Source: Takakia lepidozioides (Eukaryota; Plantae; Bryophyta). Taken from it: a stretch of 64,000 bases of DNA. This document shows positions 62,085-64,000 of this stretch, piece by piece. A program made the translations under genes and the position numbers. The DNA lies in assembly GCA_030704615.1 (NCBI GenBank), contig CM060731.1, forward strand, positions 23,374,001 through 23,438,000, given 5' to 3'. Positions within the stretch are counted from its first letter, which is position 1, and the number at the start of each line of letters is the position of its first letter. Below the pieces are notes generated by a model that was not told the origin of the DNA, searched no databases, and worked only from the letters and a program-made list of their open reading frames with translations.

Positions 62085-64000
62085 ATGGACGTGGGAAGCA
62101 TTAACAGCTGGGGGAAGGTGGACGAGTGGCTGGTCTGGGCTAGCGCGCTCTGCTGCCACCCCGCAGCTGTTGCTTTGCAGATCAAGGTACTTATTATCAA
62201 TGTTGAGGTACATTTGGGGGTGTTAGAACTCGCCAGTAGCAACAATGGTCTGTGGGCTTGCGCATTTTGTGCCTGAATCAAGGTATCGAGTGTATGTGAG
62301 TAATCCATGGATCAATCTGAAGGAATGTTGAGCGTCCCTGTTGCGCGGGTGATAATGGCAGGTCACACCCCTGAGCATTTGGCCTAAGGAACTGATTTGT
62401 ATGCATCTGAAGCAATCCAATTGACTCTTGCGAGTGTCGTGTTTGATGTACAGGGCTGTGTCATATACTTGGCACTTGCAGCTGGCTGGGCCTACAACTC
62501 AATTATACGGTGCTCCTCTCACCCTTCCTCCAAAATTCTAAATGTTTCTCTTGCAACTGCCAATTGTCCTTTCTTCGTCACATGTAAGGCGAGGTTATCT
62601 GCATGTCTCACATGAGCTCCATTCAGATGGACTGTACGTGAACGACGTCTAAGGCCTGATCTGTGTTGGGGCTGCTCTGATCTTCCTTGCCTTCGGTTTA
62701 GGGCCCAGGAACTGCGTCGAATACGTGAAGGAGAAGAAGCAGGAAACACTCTTGCTTTCTTGTATCCCAATGTGAATGACCTCGAACATTCTGCTCAAGA
62801 GAAGCTGCCTCGCGTGTCAGTCGTGATGCCGGTAAAAGGAGTCGGGGAACACAATCTTAGCAATTGGCAGAGCCAGGTTTGTATTTCCATTGGAGCCCTC
62901 TTTTGCATGTTGTCTCCTTCCCCTGTTTGTATTGTAGCTGCCGGTTTTCCAAACCCCACAAGAGGGAAGATGTTGAAAGCCTTGTAGTAAGGCAAATGTG
63001 GGTACCTACTGTCGGACGGTGCCTAAATTTCAGCATGTTTGTGGCACACATATAGCGGAATGTTATTATTGCCTGAGACATCAGTAGTCCATTCAAGAAC
63101 CTCAGATGGGGGACATTGTTAGATTGGATTGTCCCTGTAAGGCTACTTTTTGAAGAGCTCAAGCTTGGAGCTGGATTGACAGGTGCTCTCTATGTATGGA
63201 GGACCACTGGAGTTCATATTTGTGATGGAGAGTATGGATGATCCTGCTTACAACGCCATCTCCCAGTTGATGCTTGAACTTAAGGTCTCTCTCTCAACGC
63301 AGCGACCGGTCTATTGAGTGCAACCTCTTCATTTGTATCTGTGTATAGATAGTAATGCAGATGTGAATTATCAATGACTGCAGGGACAGGTGCATGCAAG
63401 GGTGCTGGTTGCTGGCTATTCAACAACGTGCAGCCAGAAAATTCACAACCAGCTTGTTTGTTCCTCCCAATCTTTATTTCAGTTTATTTGTTCAACGACT
63501 AACATTACCTCTTGCATCATTGTTAGAAAGATTTCAGAACACCTGAAAGCTGCCCTTGTTCTTGAAAAGGTTGCAGAATAAGCAAGTCCAAGCATGCCCT
63601 TGGACCCATCATCCAGCTCAGAATATTCATTGTGCCACAAGCAATAAAGTCAGCATTTTCACTTTTCAGAGAAGAAATCCAAGGGAAAGCCTTGGTCAAT
63701 AGTAGTAGTAAAGCTCCTATCAGAAAGCATTGAGGTCTGTTCTGGTTGATTCAACAATGTTGGTGGACACCACTTGAACCAAAATAGAGTCCCTAGGGTT
63801 CATTTTGTGAAAGCTTAGAAAAATCTTTCCCAGTTGCGCATTAGTGCTGCACTCTATGGCAGGACACTCCCTTGAGCTAGTACCACTTCCTAGTTGGGTT
63901 TGTGAGTGATCACTGTTTGACTGCTGGCAGTGTGCTGCTCCTGGTCAGACTGACAGTAAGCAGGAGAAGAATGGGTAGGAATTCCTACTACAAGGTGGAA
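62085..64000 (+). CDS. GCS: Glucosylceramide synthase (GT21), 5' exons; continues beyond the window
   Basis: Exons ..HPAAVALQIK / GCVIYLALAAGW / GNTLAFLYPNVNDLEHSAQEKLPRVSVVMPVKGVGEHNLSNWQSQ / YGGPLEFIFVMES / VAGYSTTCSQKIHNQL match plant GCS as I recall it. Confidence 0.9.

Overview
Eukaryotic nuclear DNA with GT-AG introns from a land plant, probably a non-seed plant such as a hornwort (inference from compact genes, a PLS-class PPR gene and the TE types). The first ~30 kb is a nest of mobile elements. (i) A ~12.3 kb DNA transposon (~9432-21709) carries a GCM/WRKY-like + MULE-type DDE + SWIM transposase (+). It also carries a divergently oriented spliced gene fusing a ParB/Sulfiredoxin-like domain (DGNHR) to a beta-class N4/N6-type DNA methyltransferase fold (-). 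Twenty-one ~116-bp repeats, each built around a 36-42 bp palindrome, appear to fill one intron of that gene. (ii) This element sits inside a Ty3/gypsy retrotransposon that encodes its own C5 cytosine methyltransferase and a PHD-tailed integrase. (iii) The gypsy sits in the last intron of a second, diverged copy of the ParB-MTase gene (1-2698) and is itself interrupted by a 2.16 kb TG..CA insert. An L1-like LINE follows. The remaining ~34 kb is ordinary gene-dense sequence: two tandem RPS18 genes separated by a foldback MITE, a CRTAC1/ASPIC-UnbV-like FG-GAP gene, PRP19, a RING-H2 ligase, a PLS-PPR gene with a disrupted DYW domain, and the 5' part of glucosylceramide synthase. Many TE ORFs have 1-bp frameshifts; decay and long-read error cannot be distinguished here. 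All domain calls are by-eye motif recognition, not database searches.
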